NCBI GenBank assembly: GCA_031409275.1
Contig: JANNXA010000055.1
Span: 466,024-530,023 of the forward strand
Origin: Planctomycetota bacterium
GTDB taxonomy: Bacteria; Planctomycetota; B15-G4; SIAN01
DNA: 64,000 bases
Reading direction: 5' to 3'
The notes under the pieces were generated by a model. It was not told the origin of the DNA. It did no database searches and was given only the letters and a program-made list of their open reading frames with translations. This document shows, in pieces, positions 46,549-55,668 of the stretch (positions are counted from its first letter, which is position 1; each line of letters starts with the position of its first letter). The translations under genes and the position numbers were made by a program.

Positions 46549-48469
46549 GGGTGAATCCGAGGATGGCGTCGCGCACGCCGGTCGCGTTCAGCCCGAGTTC
46601 GGCGAGCAACTCGGCGCGCGCGCCGTGCTCGATGAATCGATCGGGGATCCCGAGGCAGCGAACGCGGGCGTGCACTCCGTCTTGCCGTGCGGCCAGCTCG
46701 AGGAGCGCCGAACCGAATCCGCCATGCAGCGCCGCCTCCTCGAGCGTGACCACGAGGCGATGGTCGGCAAGGAGCCGTCCGTAGAGCGTCTCGTCAAGCG
46801 GACGCGCGAAGCGCGCGTTGACCACCGTGCAGCGGTGTCCTGCGGCTTCCAGCAGTTGCGCGGCTTCGAGCGCCGTCTCGCTCATCGCGCCGTAGCCGAC
46901 CAGCGCGATCTCTTCTCCCTCGCGGAGCACTTCGGCCGTGCCGAGCTCGATCGGCGCCACGGCGCGGCCCGGCGGCAGAGTGGTCGCTTTGGGGTAGCGC
47001 ACCGCGATCGGGCCGTCGTGGCGCAGCGCGAACCGGATCATCGCCTCGAACTCGCCACCATCGCGCGGAGCGAGCATCACGATGCCCGGGATCGCGCGCA
47101 TGAAGGCGATGTCGAAGAGCCCGTGGTGAGTCTGGCCGTCGTCGCCGGCAAGCCCGCCGTGCGACATCATCAGGACCACCGGGTTGCGCTGGAGCGCGAC
47201 CTCGTGGAAGACCTGATCGAAGCCACGCTGCATGAACGTCGAGTAGATCGCGCACACCGGCCGGCGCCCGCCGAGCGTCAGCCCGGAAGCGAACGCGACG
47301 CCATGTTGTTCGGCGATGCCGACGTTGAAGAAGCGCTCGGGAAAGCGCTCCGAGAAGGTGCGCAGCCCGGTTCCATCGGGCATCCCGGCCGTGATGGCGC
47401 AGATGCGCGGATCGAGGGCCGCCTCGGCCAGCAACGTGTCGGTGAAGACGCGCGAGAACTCGACCTTCGCCCCGCTTCCAGCCTTCTTCGCCACCGCCGC
47501 CGTCGGCATGTCGACCTTGTCGATCTTGCAGGCGGAGTCGCATTCGAGCGTGAACGAATCACCCGGCTTGGCGCCGTGCAGCGCGAGCGGATCTTCTTCG
47601 CACCCCTTCACGCCCTTGCCCTTCACCGTCAGGACGTGCAGCAGCTTGACGCCGGGCTGTTCGTGCATCGCCTGCAGCACCTCGACCATCCCGTCGAGGT
47701 CGTGGCCGTCGTAGACGCCGAAGTAGCGAAAGCCCAGCGCGTCGAGGATCTTGCCCGGCGCGATCACATGACGCAGATGGTCGGCGAGCTCGTGCACCGA
47801 CTTCTCGACCCCTTTGCCGATGCCGGGAATGCGGGCGACGAGCTCCTCGAGTTTCTCCACTGCGTGCTTGGCGCCGCTGTAGAGCTTCGACAGGCGCACT
47901 TTCGACAGCACGCGCGAAAGCGCGCCGACCGTGCGCCCGATCGACTGTTCGTTGTCGTTCAGGATGATCAGCAGGTCGCGATCGAGATGGCCGGCGCTGT
48001 TCAACGCCTCGAGCGACATCCCCGACACGATGCTCGCATCGCCGACCACCGCCACCGACTTGCGCTTCTCTCCCGCCAGCGCGTCGCCAAGACACGCGCC
48101 AAGCGCCATCGAGATGGCGGTTCCGGCGTGGCCTGAAGTCATCAGGTCGTACGGCGACTCATCCTTGTTCGGGAAGCCCGATAGGCCGCCCTTCTGGCGC
48201 AAGGTCTGGAAGCGGTCGAAGCGTCCGGTCAGGAGCTTGTGCGGGTAGCACTGATGGCCGGTGTCGAGGAACAGTCGATCGCGCGGGAAGTCGTAGACGC
48301 GATGGAGCGCGACGGTCAGCTCGACGACCCCCATCGACGAGCCGAGGTGGCCGCCGTTCTTGGTGACCGTCTCCAGGATCTTGCGCCGGATTTCGTTGCA
48401 GAGCTCCGGCAGCTGCCCGACCGGCAGTTGCTTCACGTCGCTCGAGTGGCGGAGCTGTTCGAGGATCAT
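46514..48469 (-). CDS. dxs: 1-deoxy-D-xylulose-5-phosphate synthase
   Basis: GGHLGSSMG, DTGHQCYPHK, GHAGT, GDAS..LNDN, GIAEQH, IYSTF, DGQTH. Confidence 0.96.
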   Translation of the reverse strand: MILEQLRHSSDVKQLPVGQLPELCNEIRRKILETVTKNGGHLGSSMGVVELTVALHRVYDFPRDRLFLDTGHQCYPHKLLTGRFDRFQTLRQKGGLSGFPNKDESPYDLMTSGHAGTAISMALGACLGDALAGEKRKSVAVVGDASIVSGMSLEALNSAGHLDRDLLIILNDNEQSIGRTVGALSRVLSKVRLSKLYSGAKHAVEKLEELVARIPGIGKGVEKSVHELADHLRHVIAPGKILDALGFRYFGVYDGHDLDGMVEVLQAMHEQPGVKLLHVLTVKGKGVKGCEEDPLALHGAKPGDSFTLECDSACKIDKVDMPTAAVAKKAGSGAKVEFSRVFTDTLLAEAALDPRICAITAGMPDGTGLRTFSERFPERFFNVGIAEQHGVAFASGLTLGGRRPVCAIYSTFMQRGFDQVFHEVALQRNPVVLMMSHGGLAGDDGQTHHGLFDIAFMRAIPGIVMLAPRDGGEFEAMIRFALRHDGPIAVRYPKATTLPPGRAVAPIELGTAEVLREGEEIALVGYGAMSETALEAAQLLEAAGHRCTVVNARFARPLDETLYGRLLADHRLVVTLEEAALHGGFGSALLELAARQDGVHARVRCLGIPDRFIEHGARAELLAELGLNATGVRDAILGFTRETAFFGTAAG

Positions 48470-48478
48470 CGAAGGGTC

Positions 48479-49393
48479 CTACGCGAGGCGTTCCTGCAAA
48501 CCCTGCGCGAGCTGAGCTAGCTCGGCCGGTCGCGGAAACGCCCTCGATTCCTGGCGCGCGCGTGCCGTGAGTTCGGCAGCGCGCGCGCGGGCCGTCGCCT
48601 CGCCGACCGCGGCAGGATAGGTGAGCTTCCCCCGCGCGTCATCCTTGCCGACTGGCTTGCCGGTGCGCTTGGGATCGCCGCACTTGCCGAGCAGATCATC
48701 CACGACCTGGAACGCAAGCCCGAGCGACTCCCCGTAGCGAGCGGCCGCGGCAACGAGGTCCGGCCCGGCGCCGGCGCAGCGCGCCCCCAGCGTCGCCGCC
48801 GCACGAAACATCGCCGCGGTCTTGCGCAGGTGGATCCAGCGCACCCGCTCCTCCGTCGGCAGCTGCCCCTCGCCAAGCAGGTCGCCCGCCTGGCCGTTCA
48901 CCATGCCGGCGACACCCGCCGCGGCCGCCAGTTCACGAACGGCATCGGCGACGATCGCGGGATCGGTGCCGAGTGCCAGCACCTCGAACGCGCGAGTGAG
49001 CAGCGCATCGCCGGCCAGGATCGCGATGGCATCGCCATAGACCTTGTGGCAAGTCGGCCGGCCGCGCCGGAAGTCGTCGTCATCCATCGCCGGCAGGTCG
49101 TCGTGGACGAGCGAATAGCAGTGGATCAGCTCGAGCGCCGCTCCCGCCGCCAGCGCCGCCTCGGCCCGGCCACCGCACGCCTCGGCCACCAGCAACGTCA
49201 CCACCGGACGCAGCCGCTTGCCGCCGCCCAGCACGGCGTACTCGCAGGCTGCCTTCAGTTGCGGGACCAACTCCTCATCGGCTGGCAGCAACCACTGCCG
49301 CAGCGCCATCTCGATCTGCTCGCGCAACGCGACGACGCGGCGTTCGAGCGCCTGCGTCGCCGCGGAAGTGGTTCCGGCTGCTGCTGGTTCCAT
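48479..49393 (-). CDS. ispA: Polyprenyl (geranyl/farnesyl) diphosphate synthase
   Basis: GGKRLRP, SLVHDDLPAMDDDDFRRG, GLAFQVVDD, GKPVGKD. Confidence 0.93.
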   Translation of the reverse strand: MEPAAAGTTSAATQALERRVVALREQIEMALRQWLLPADEELVPQLKAACEYAVLGGGKRLRPVVTLLVAEACGGRAEAALAAGAALELIHCYSLVHDDLPAMDDDDFRRGRPTCHKVYGDAIAILAGDALLTRAFEVLALGTDPAIVADAVRELAAAAGVAGMVNGQAGDLLGEGQLPTEERVRWIHLRKTAAMFRAAATLGARCAGAGPDLVAAAARYGESLGLAFQVVDDLLGKCGDPKRTGKPVGKDDARGKLTYPAAVGEATARARAAELTARARQESRAFPRPAELAQLAQGLQERLA

Positions 49394-49402
49394 CCGCGCC
49401 GC

Positions 49403-51097
49403 TCAGCGCGCGACCTCGGTCACCTTCCGTTCACGGATGAGGGTGACCTTGATCTCGCCCGGATACGTGAGCTCGTCCTCGATCTTCTTGGCGATGCTGC
49501 GCGCGGTGAGCAGCGCCATGTTGTCGTCCATCTTGTCGGCATCGACCATGACGCGCAGTTCGCGGCCAGCCTGAACGGCGTAGGCGGAGGAGACGCCGTC
49601 GAACGACGTCGCGGTCGCTTCGAGCTTCTCGAGGCGCTCGATGTACTGCTCGACGGAGTCGCGGCGTGCGCCTGGACGTCCGGCCGAGATCGCGTCGCCC
49701 ACCTGGGTGAGCACCGCGTAGGTCGTCTCGTACGGCATGTCCTCGTGGTGCGCGCCGATGGCGTTCCAGATCAAGCGCGGCTCGTCGAAGCGGCGGGCCT
49801 GGTCCGCGCCGAGAACGGCATGGCTGCCGTCGAGCTCGTGCGTCAGCGCCTTGCCGATGTCGTGCAGCAGCCCGCATCGCTTGCCGATCAACGGGTCGAG
49901 CTTCAGCTCGGCGCAGATCGAACTCATGATGTGCGCGATCTCGATCGAGTGCTCGAGGACGTTCTGGCCGTAGGACGTGCGGTACTTGAGGCGCCCGACC
50001 AGGAACTGCACCTGCGGGTGGACCTTCTGCAGTCCGAGGTCGGCGCACGCCTTCTTGCCGGTCTGGCGGATGTCCTCGTCGATCCCCTTCTTCTCCGCTT
50101 CGATCAGCTCTTCGATGCGTGCCGGATGGATGCGGCCGTCGCCGATCAGCTTCTCGAGCGCGCGCCGCGCCGTCTCGCGGCGGACGGCGTCGAAGCAGGA
50201 GATCACGATCACGCCCGGCGTGTCGTCGACGATGACGTCGACGCCGGTCGCCTTCTCGATCGCGCGGATGTTGCGGCCTTCGCGGCCGATGATCTTGCCC
50301 TTCATGTCGTCGCTGGGCAGATCGATGACCGAGGTCACCGTGTCGGAGACGTAGCGCACGGCGCAACGCTGGATCGCGGTGCCGACGATGCGCTGCGCGA
50401 TCTCCTCGGCGCGATCCTTCTTCTCCTCCTCCTTCTTGACGAGGTAGGCGGCAAGGTCGCTCTGACACGCCTCCTCGAACTTCTTCATGACGATGTCGCG
50501 CGCCTCGGGCGCGGAGAGCTGCGCGATCTGCAGGAGCTTGCTCTCCTCCTCGGCGAGCTTCGCCTTGAGCTGCTCGTCCTTCTCCTTCACTGCGACGTTC
50601 TGCTGCTCGAGCTTGGCGCGCTCCTGATCGATCTCCTTCTCGCGCACTTCGATCTTCTGCTTCTCGGCCTGCGTCTCCGCTTCACGGCGCGCGAGCTTGC
50701 GCTCGGCATCGAGGACCTTCTCGTGGTGCGCCTTCGCCTCGGCGGCGAGATCCGCTTCAGCGCGCTGGCGCCGCTCGCGCAATTCGGCTTCGGTGCGATT
50801 GCGCGACGCCTGAGCCGACTGCTCGATCTGCTGGCGCGACTGCTCCGCTTGCTGACGCGCCTGCTCGGCCTGCTGCCGCACCTGCTCCGATTGCTGGCGC
50901 ACGCGCTCCGCCTGCGCATCGGCGTCGGCGCGCACGCGGCGCGCCTCGGCCTGCGCCTTCTCGAGCTCTTGTTTGCTCGCCGGCACGTGCACGATCTGCG
51001 GCGGCGGTGGAGCCGCGGTCCCCGCCTTCTTGCGACCGAGGATGTAGGCAACGACGGCGGCGACCACGGCGCCGAGTCCGATGAGGATCTTGTCCAA
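49403..51097 (-). CDS. rny: Ribonuclease Y
   Basis: TTG start after AGGAGG, N-terminal TM, coiled coil, KH (KGKIIGREGRNIR), HD (YRTSYGQN..H; LLHDIGK), SAGRPGAR. Confidence 0.96.
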   Translation of the reverse strand: MDKILIGLGAVVAAVVAYILGRKKAGTAAPPPPQIVHVPASKQELEKAQAEARRVRADADAQAERVRQQSEQVRQQAEQARQQAEQSRQQIEQSAQASRNRTEAELRERRQRAEADLAAEAKAHHEKVLDAERKLARREAETQAEKQKIEVREKEIDQERAKLEQQNVAVKEKDEQLKAKLAEEESKLLQIAQLSAPEARDIVMKKFEEACQSDLAAYLVKKEEEKKDRAEEIAQRIVGTAIQRCAVRYVSDTVTSVIDLPSDDMKGKIIGREGRNIRAIEKATGVDVIVDDTPGVIVISCFDAVRRETARRALEKLIGDGRIHPARIEELIEAEKKGIDEDIRQTGKKACADLGLQKVHPQVQFLVGRLKYRTSYGQNVLEHSIEIAHIMSSICAELKLDPLIGKRCGLLHDIGKALTHELDGSHAVLGADQARRFDEPRLIWNAIGAHHEDMPYETTYAVLTQVGDAISAGRPGARRDSVEQYIERLEKLEATATSFDGVSSAYAVQAGRELRVMVDADKMDDNMALLTARSIAKKIEDELTYPGEIKVTLIRERKVTEVAR

Positions 51098-51099
51098 CG

Positions 51100-51350
51100 C
51101 TTCCCTCCTGACGCGGCGCGCGCGGCCGGATGCCGCCTTCGAAGCGCGCTCGCAGCGAGGGTGCAGCGCGCACCCACGCATGGCCCGCCACGACGCGCTC
51201 CAGGAGTCACCCCGTCCAGGCTTCACGGCCCGTTCGAGTGGAATGGACCTCGAACGACGACTCGCCCGTCACCCATGGCGACCGGCGAGTTCATGACTCT
51301 TGGCGAATCGTTGCGCCCCACTCACGCTGCTGACGCTGAGAGAGAGGCGC
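51100..51350 (-). ncRNA. Candidate structured 5' leader RNA of rny
   Basis: Several strong hairpins forming a multibranch junction closed by CCAAGAGUCAU/GUGACUCCUGG. Confidence 0.5.
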
Positions 51351-51354
51351 CGCA

Positions 51355-51383
51355 ACGATAGGCCCGAAAGGTACTTGGGCCAA
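51355..51383 (-). promoter_or_regulatory. sigma70-type promoter for the rny-ispA-dxs-nadK operon
   Basis: TTGGCC-N17-TATCGT. Confidence 0.55.
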
Positions 51384-51400
51384 GTGGCCAGACGTCGGAG

Positions 51401-52609
51401 TTAGGAGCCGGTCGAGCGGCGGACCGCGGGAACTCCCTGCCAGTGTTCCGGCGTCAGGTCGCGCAGCGCCACCCGCAAGCGACCTCGAAAGAGCGGCCGT
51501 TTCTGGCCGCCCTCGACCATTTCGCCGCCTTCGCAGCAAAGCTCGCCGTAGCGGTGCGTCGGATCGACTTCGAACCACGCGAGGTCTGCGAGCACCGTCT
51601 GGGTCGGCGCCCCGGTCGAATCGAACGCCAGATCGATGACCGCCTTCGACAAGGCTCCATCCACGAGCTCGCCGGAGGAGCGCAGGCGCATCACCAGCGA
51701 CTTCTCGAGGGCCAACGCGCGGTTGACCAGCGCGACGGCCGAGTCGCCGTCCGTGATCATCGCCGTCGCCCGAGGGTCGTCGAGTTGGAAGAGCTCGCGC
51801 AGGAGCGGCGGGACCAGCTCGACGGGCAGGACCCCCGGAATCTCCAGTCGGTAGCACGAGCCCTCATAGGCCACATCGACGCCGCCTTCGACGCCGTGAG
51901 CGCCCTGCGCGTCGAGCGCCGCAATCCCGGTGATCGGGTCGCGCTCGAGGCGGAGCGTCTTCGCGATCAGCGATCCGATGCCGGTGCCGCGCACCCCTCG
52001 CTGCGCGAGGACCACGTCCGCGAGGCAGTGGTTCGCTGCGTCGGGCCGCGCGGCCATCAGATGCCACCCGTCGAGCCCCGCATCGGCCAGCAGCTGGTTG
52101 AAGGCCGTCGTGGTCGCCGCGGCCGCTTCCTGCTCGAGGCGCTCCCGCTCCGCCTCGCGATCCACGACCGCTGCCGCATTCACCTCGGTCGACGTCGGGA
52201 CGTCGTCGGTGACCACGAGCGGCGCCGGAGCCGCCTCCCCCGCTCCAATCGCGGCGCTGATGCGATCGGCTCGTTCGATGGCGCGCGCCATCGTGGACTG
52301 ATCGACGCCCGTGCGACGGCGCGACGCGGCGCTGGTCGCGTCGACCGGCTTGCCGGCGAGCGACTCCGACGGCGAGGAGGTGACGGACGACACGCCGCTT
52401 TCGTCGGCGGGGTCGCGAGCCTGCGGACGTTCGAGTTCGGCCAGCCGTTCGAGCACCGCGGTCATCACGCGCCGCGACTCGCTCTCTTCGGCGACCCGGC
52501 GCCACCGAGCGTCGAGCGTCAGGTAGACCGCAGCGCCACCGACGAGGAGGCCGCCCACGAACGGGACGACCCAGCGCTGCTTGTCACTTCCCGCCGGTGC
52601 CGTCGCCAT
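51401..52609 (-). CDS. Single-TM protein with two beta-rich periplasmic repeats
   Basis: N-terminal TM (VVPFVGGLLVGGAAVYL), disordered linker, beta-rich C-terminus. Confidence 0.65.
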   Translation of the reverse strand: MATAPAGSDKQRWVVPFVGGLLVGGAAVYLTLDARWRRVAEESESRRVMTAVLERLAELERPQARDPADESGVSSVTSSPSESLAGKPVDATSAASRRRTGVDQSTMARAIERADRISAAIGAGEAAPAPLVVTDDVPTSTEVNAAAVVDREAERERLEQEAAAATTTAFNQLLADAGLDGWHLMAARPDAANHCLADVVLAQRGVRGTGIGSLIAKTLRLERDPITGIAALDAQGAHGVEGGVDVAYEGSCYRLEIPGVLPVELVPPLLRELFQLDDPRATAMITDGDSAVALVNRALALEKSLVMRLRSSGELVDGALSKAVIDLAFDSTGAPTQTVLADLAWFEVDPTHRYGELCCEGGEMVEGGQKRPLFRGRLRVALRDLTPEHWQGVPAVRRSTGS

Positions 52610-53951
52610 CGTCGCGCTTCTCCCCTGCCGTCGACTCGGCGCCAAGCGGTCCTCGATCCGTGGACGAAGGGCCGAGCAGCTGCTCGAACCCGGCACGCGA
52701 CGGCTGCGATCGGAACTCGTCCCAACGCACGGCACCCACTTGCGCGGAGGCGAGCGGAAGCGTCTCGGCGCCGTTCTTCAGCGCCAGCCGTGTGACCGTG
52801 GCGAAGTCGAGCTCGCCGGGCAGCACCAGCAGCAATCGCACCAGCTGGCCGCTCTTCAGCGGCGCAACTCCTGCGGCGCCAAGCTGCGCCCCGAGCACGC
52901 CCGCCTCGGCCGCGCTGCCGACGCCACGCAGCACCTCAGACGGCGCCAACGAGCGGAAACTTCCCGCGCCCGCCTCGCCCTCGACCGTGATCCCGTCCTT
53001 CGCCACCGTGAAAGCGGCCGGTTCGCCGAATCGAAACAACGTGAGCGCGAGGCAGCGGCGCGGCGCCACCGAACCGGTCTCGCGTTGCACCTGCTCCTGC
53101 AACCGCCGGTCGCGCGCCATGGCCGCGTGGTAGGGCGCCACCACGGCGAGCGTCTGCTCGTCGCACCAGCGCCAGAAGAGCGGAAGCGAGCCTTCGGTGC
53201 GCGACTCCGCTTGTTCCCCGCGCGTCGTGTAACGATCGCGTGGCTCGGCGCAACCTTGGGTGGCAAGCGCGGTCGTCACCGCCAGCAGCAGCACTCCGAC
53301 GCCGCTGGTCGGTCCCATCGGACGGTCGCCGCGGCGCTCCCCCAGCTCGTCGCGCGGGCGCTGGACGTCGTCGAGTCGCAAGACCTTGGTCTCGCTCCCC
53401 GGAAGAGGATCGTGGGCTGGCTCGGGCAGGATGTCGCCGCCCACGGGATGGAGCGTGTGCGCTTCGACCTTCTGCTGACGCCGCGTGCAGAGCCAGAAGG
53501 TCAGCGGGTAGCTGATGACCGCAAGGATCACGGCCACCGGCAGCGAGCCGAGGAAGAGCGGGAAGCCGACGTCGCTCGCGAGGTGGAGCACGCGATCCCA
53601 GTAGCTCGGGAACTTCGCCGAGACCGCTTCCCAATGGCGCCAGAAGTCATCGCGGCTGCCGATCGCCTGAGCGTCGAGCATCCAGGCGCCCACGCGGTAC
53701 TCGAAGTAGTAGACCGGCGGCACCGTCACCGGGTTGGTGAGCCAGGCCATCGCCACTGCGAGCGGCTGGCTCACTCCGAACAAGGTGGCCAGTCCGAAGC
53801 TGATCGGCATCTGCACGCCGACGATCGGCAGGAACGCGATGAAAACCCCGAGCGCGACGCCGCCCGCCTTCGAGCGGGGCGTGTCCTGGACGAACAGGAT
53901 CGGGCGGATCAGCCGCTCATAGACCAGTCGCTTGAGGCGTTGCCAGACCAA
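52584..53951 (-). CDS. DUF2062 domain membrane protein with C-terminal extension
   Basis: DTPRSKAGGVALGVFIAFLP, WLTNPVTVPPVYY..Y.VG, PLFLGS. Confidence 0.8.
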   Translation of the reverse strand: MVWQRLKRLVYERLIRPILFVQDTPRSKAGGVALGVFIAFLPIVGVQMPISFGLATLFGVSQPLAVAMAWLTNPVTVPPVYYFEYRVGAWMLDAQAIGSRDDFWRHWEAVSAKFPSYWDRVLHLASDVGFPLFLGSLPVAVILAVISYPLTFWLCTRRQQKVEAHTLHPVGGDILPEPAHDPLPGSETKVLRLDDVQRPRDELGERRGDRPMGPTSGVGVLLLAVTTALATQGCAEPRDRYTTRGEQAESRTEGSLPLFWRWCDEQTLAVVAPYHAAMARDRRLQEQVQRETGSVAPRRCLALTLFRFGEPAAFTVAKDGITVEGEAGAGSFRSLAPSEVLRGVGSAAEAGVLGAQLGAAGVAPLKSGQLVRLLLVLPGELDFATVTRLALKNGAETLPLASAQVGAVRWDEFRSQPSRAGFEQLLGPSSTDRGPLGAESTAGEKRDDGDGTGGK

Positions 53952-53981
53952 CGTTCAGCTCCGAAGCGCGAGAGGGTCGGG

Positions 53982-54752
53982 TCAGCTGCCGCCACCCGCC
54001 GCGGCGTCGGGCCACTTCTTGGTCTTGTTGTCGTTGAACCACTTCTGCGCCGCCGGCGCATCCTTGAAATCCTGTCCGGTGATCTTTTGCAGCGACGACT
54101 GGAACGCCTTCTGGACGACGTTGAGTCGCTCCTCGGCGATCCCGCGGTCCTTGTTGCTCCCTTGAGTATTCGAAGCGGCGGAAGCGAACTGCGCGTAGTT
54201 CTTCACCAGCTCCTCGCCGATCAGCTTGCGCGTCTTCTCCGGCTGATCACCGTAGTTCCCGAGCGCGTCCGCGGCGCCCGCCACGACCAGCGGCTCGTTG
54301 TGGACGAGGTAGTCGACGAGCGTCTTCACGTTGGCCGGGTTCTTGTGGAAGCCGAGCGATCGAAGCGCTGCCGCCAGGACGCCGCGTCGCTTGTCGACGT
54401 TCTGCGACTTGAGCGACTTGAGCGTCGCCTTCTGACCGGACTCGCCCATGTTGGCGTAAGCCGTCACGACCGCTTCGTAGAGCTTGTCGTCGCCCTCTTC
54501 GCGGCGCGCCGAGAGGCACTTCTCCAGCGCGCCGATCGCCTTCTTCTTGTCGTCCTCGACCATTCCCGCGAACGCCTGCGCGAGGCCATCGACCACGACG
54601 CTCGCCTGGTCGTCGCTCTTCTTCTTGACCAGCTCGACGAGACTCTCGATGCGGGCATCGACGCTGATCTGCGCGCGTGCCACGCGGCCGTTGCCGACCA
54701 TCAGCAGGACGGCCAGCACGGCCACGATCCGCACTTGCATCAGGGCCTTCAT
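53982..54752 (-). CDS. Secreted HEAT-repeat protein
   Basis: Signal peptide, AALRSLG, AADALG, SLQKITGQDF..W. Confidence 0.75.
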   Translation of the reverse strand: MKALMQVRIVAVLAVLLMVGNGRVARAQISVDARIESLVELVKKKSDDQASVVVDGLAQAFAGMVEDDKKKAIGALEKCLSARREEGDDKLYEAVVTAYANMGESGQKATLKSLKSQNVDKRRGVLAAALRSLGFHKNPANVKTLVDYLVHNEPLVVAGAADALGNYGDQPEKTRKLIGEELVKNYAQFASAASNTQGSNKDRGIAEERLNVVQKAFQSSLQKITGQDFKDAPAAQKWFNDNKTKKWPDAAAGGGS

Positions 54753-54866
54753 TGCATCCATCCTCGTTGCGGAGGCGCTTGACCAGCGCGCTCGCATCCT
54801 GGCGTCATCCATGGACAGGCCGCGATTCCTGCGCGCCCCCGGCCGAATGAAGCGGCCCGAATCGTA

Positions 54867-55601
54867 TCACCCTCCGGGGAGGAGCGCCGAATGGAGCCGC
54901 GCGGCGCGCGCGCGGCCGGCCCCAGTTCCGATCGCGCGGCCGTCGCACTCGTCGACGACGACCACGCCAATCCCGCTGCCGGTCAGCAACATCGCGTCGC
55001 AGCGCAGCAGGTCGGTCGCCGCGAGCGGCCGCTCGACCACGCGCAGGCCAAGCTCCGGCGCACGCGCCAGCAACTCGGCACGGACCACGCCAGGAACGAG
55101 GCCCGCGTCCGCGGGTGGCGTCGACAGTTCGTCACCGCGTTGCACGAAGAGGTTGCTGCGCGTTCCTTCCAGCAGTCCGTGAGCACCGTCCCAGACCAGC
55201 GTCTCCTCGACGCCGGCGACCTTGGCGAGCGCCACCCATCGGCGGTCGTGCTGCTTGTGGCGGCGAATCTCGATCGATTCTTCGCGCGCGGCCACCGCGA
55301 GTGCCACCCGCCAGCGAACGGGCACCGGCTCCAGGGCACGCGACGAAACCTCGATGCGCGGCGCACTACGACCGCTGCGTTGCAGGCATGCGACGCGAAC
55401 CAGGGTCGGCGTGGCGGCCGCGGCGATCGCGGCGCCGGTCACCTCGGCGAGGTCGGGCGCGGTGCCGCGAAACCACGTCGACCACGAAGCCACCAGGCGC
55501 TCCTGATGGCGCGCCAAGAGCGGCGCAGCGCGCGCGACGCAGCGGATCGTCTCGAGCAGGCCAGGCGAATCAGAGCCGGCGACGGCACGCTCCGTGAGAA
55601 T
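54867..55601 (-). CDS. Class IV aminotransferase (PabC/D-amino-acid aminotransferase-like); start uncertain
   Basis: GLLETIR..HQERL, HK (PLP Lys), EGTRSNLF, LSTPP..GLVPGVVR. Confidence 0.8.
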   Translation of the reverse strand: MLTERAVAGSDSPGLLETIRCVARAAPLLARHQERLVASWSTWFRGTAPDLAEVTGAAIAAAATPTLVRVACLQRSGRSAPRIEVSSRALEPVPVRWRVALAVAAREESIEIRRHKQHDRRWVALAKVAGVEETLVWDGAHGLLEGTRSNLFVQRGDELSTPPADAGLVPGVVRAELLARAPELGLRVVERPLAATDLLRCDAMLLTGSGIGVVVVDECDGRAIGTGAGRARAARLHSALLPGG

Positions 55602-55629
55602 CGCGGGCCGCGCAGAGTCGACCCCTGGT

Positions 55630-55658
55630 TTGACCGCACGCGCGGACGATCCTAGCGT
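55630..55658 (+). promoter_or_regulatory. sigma70-type promoter for xerC
   Basis: TTGACC-N17-TAGCGT, 10 nt before GTG. Confidence 0.55.
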
Positions 55659-55668
55659 CCGCCGCTCG

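Noticed and set aside
51100..51400. 6S RNA (ssrS) call
   Set aside because: The position next to rny is suggestive, but the visible pairing is multibranched rather than a long rod with a central bubble. Left as an unknown structured RNA.
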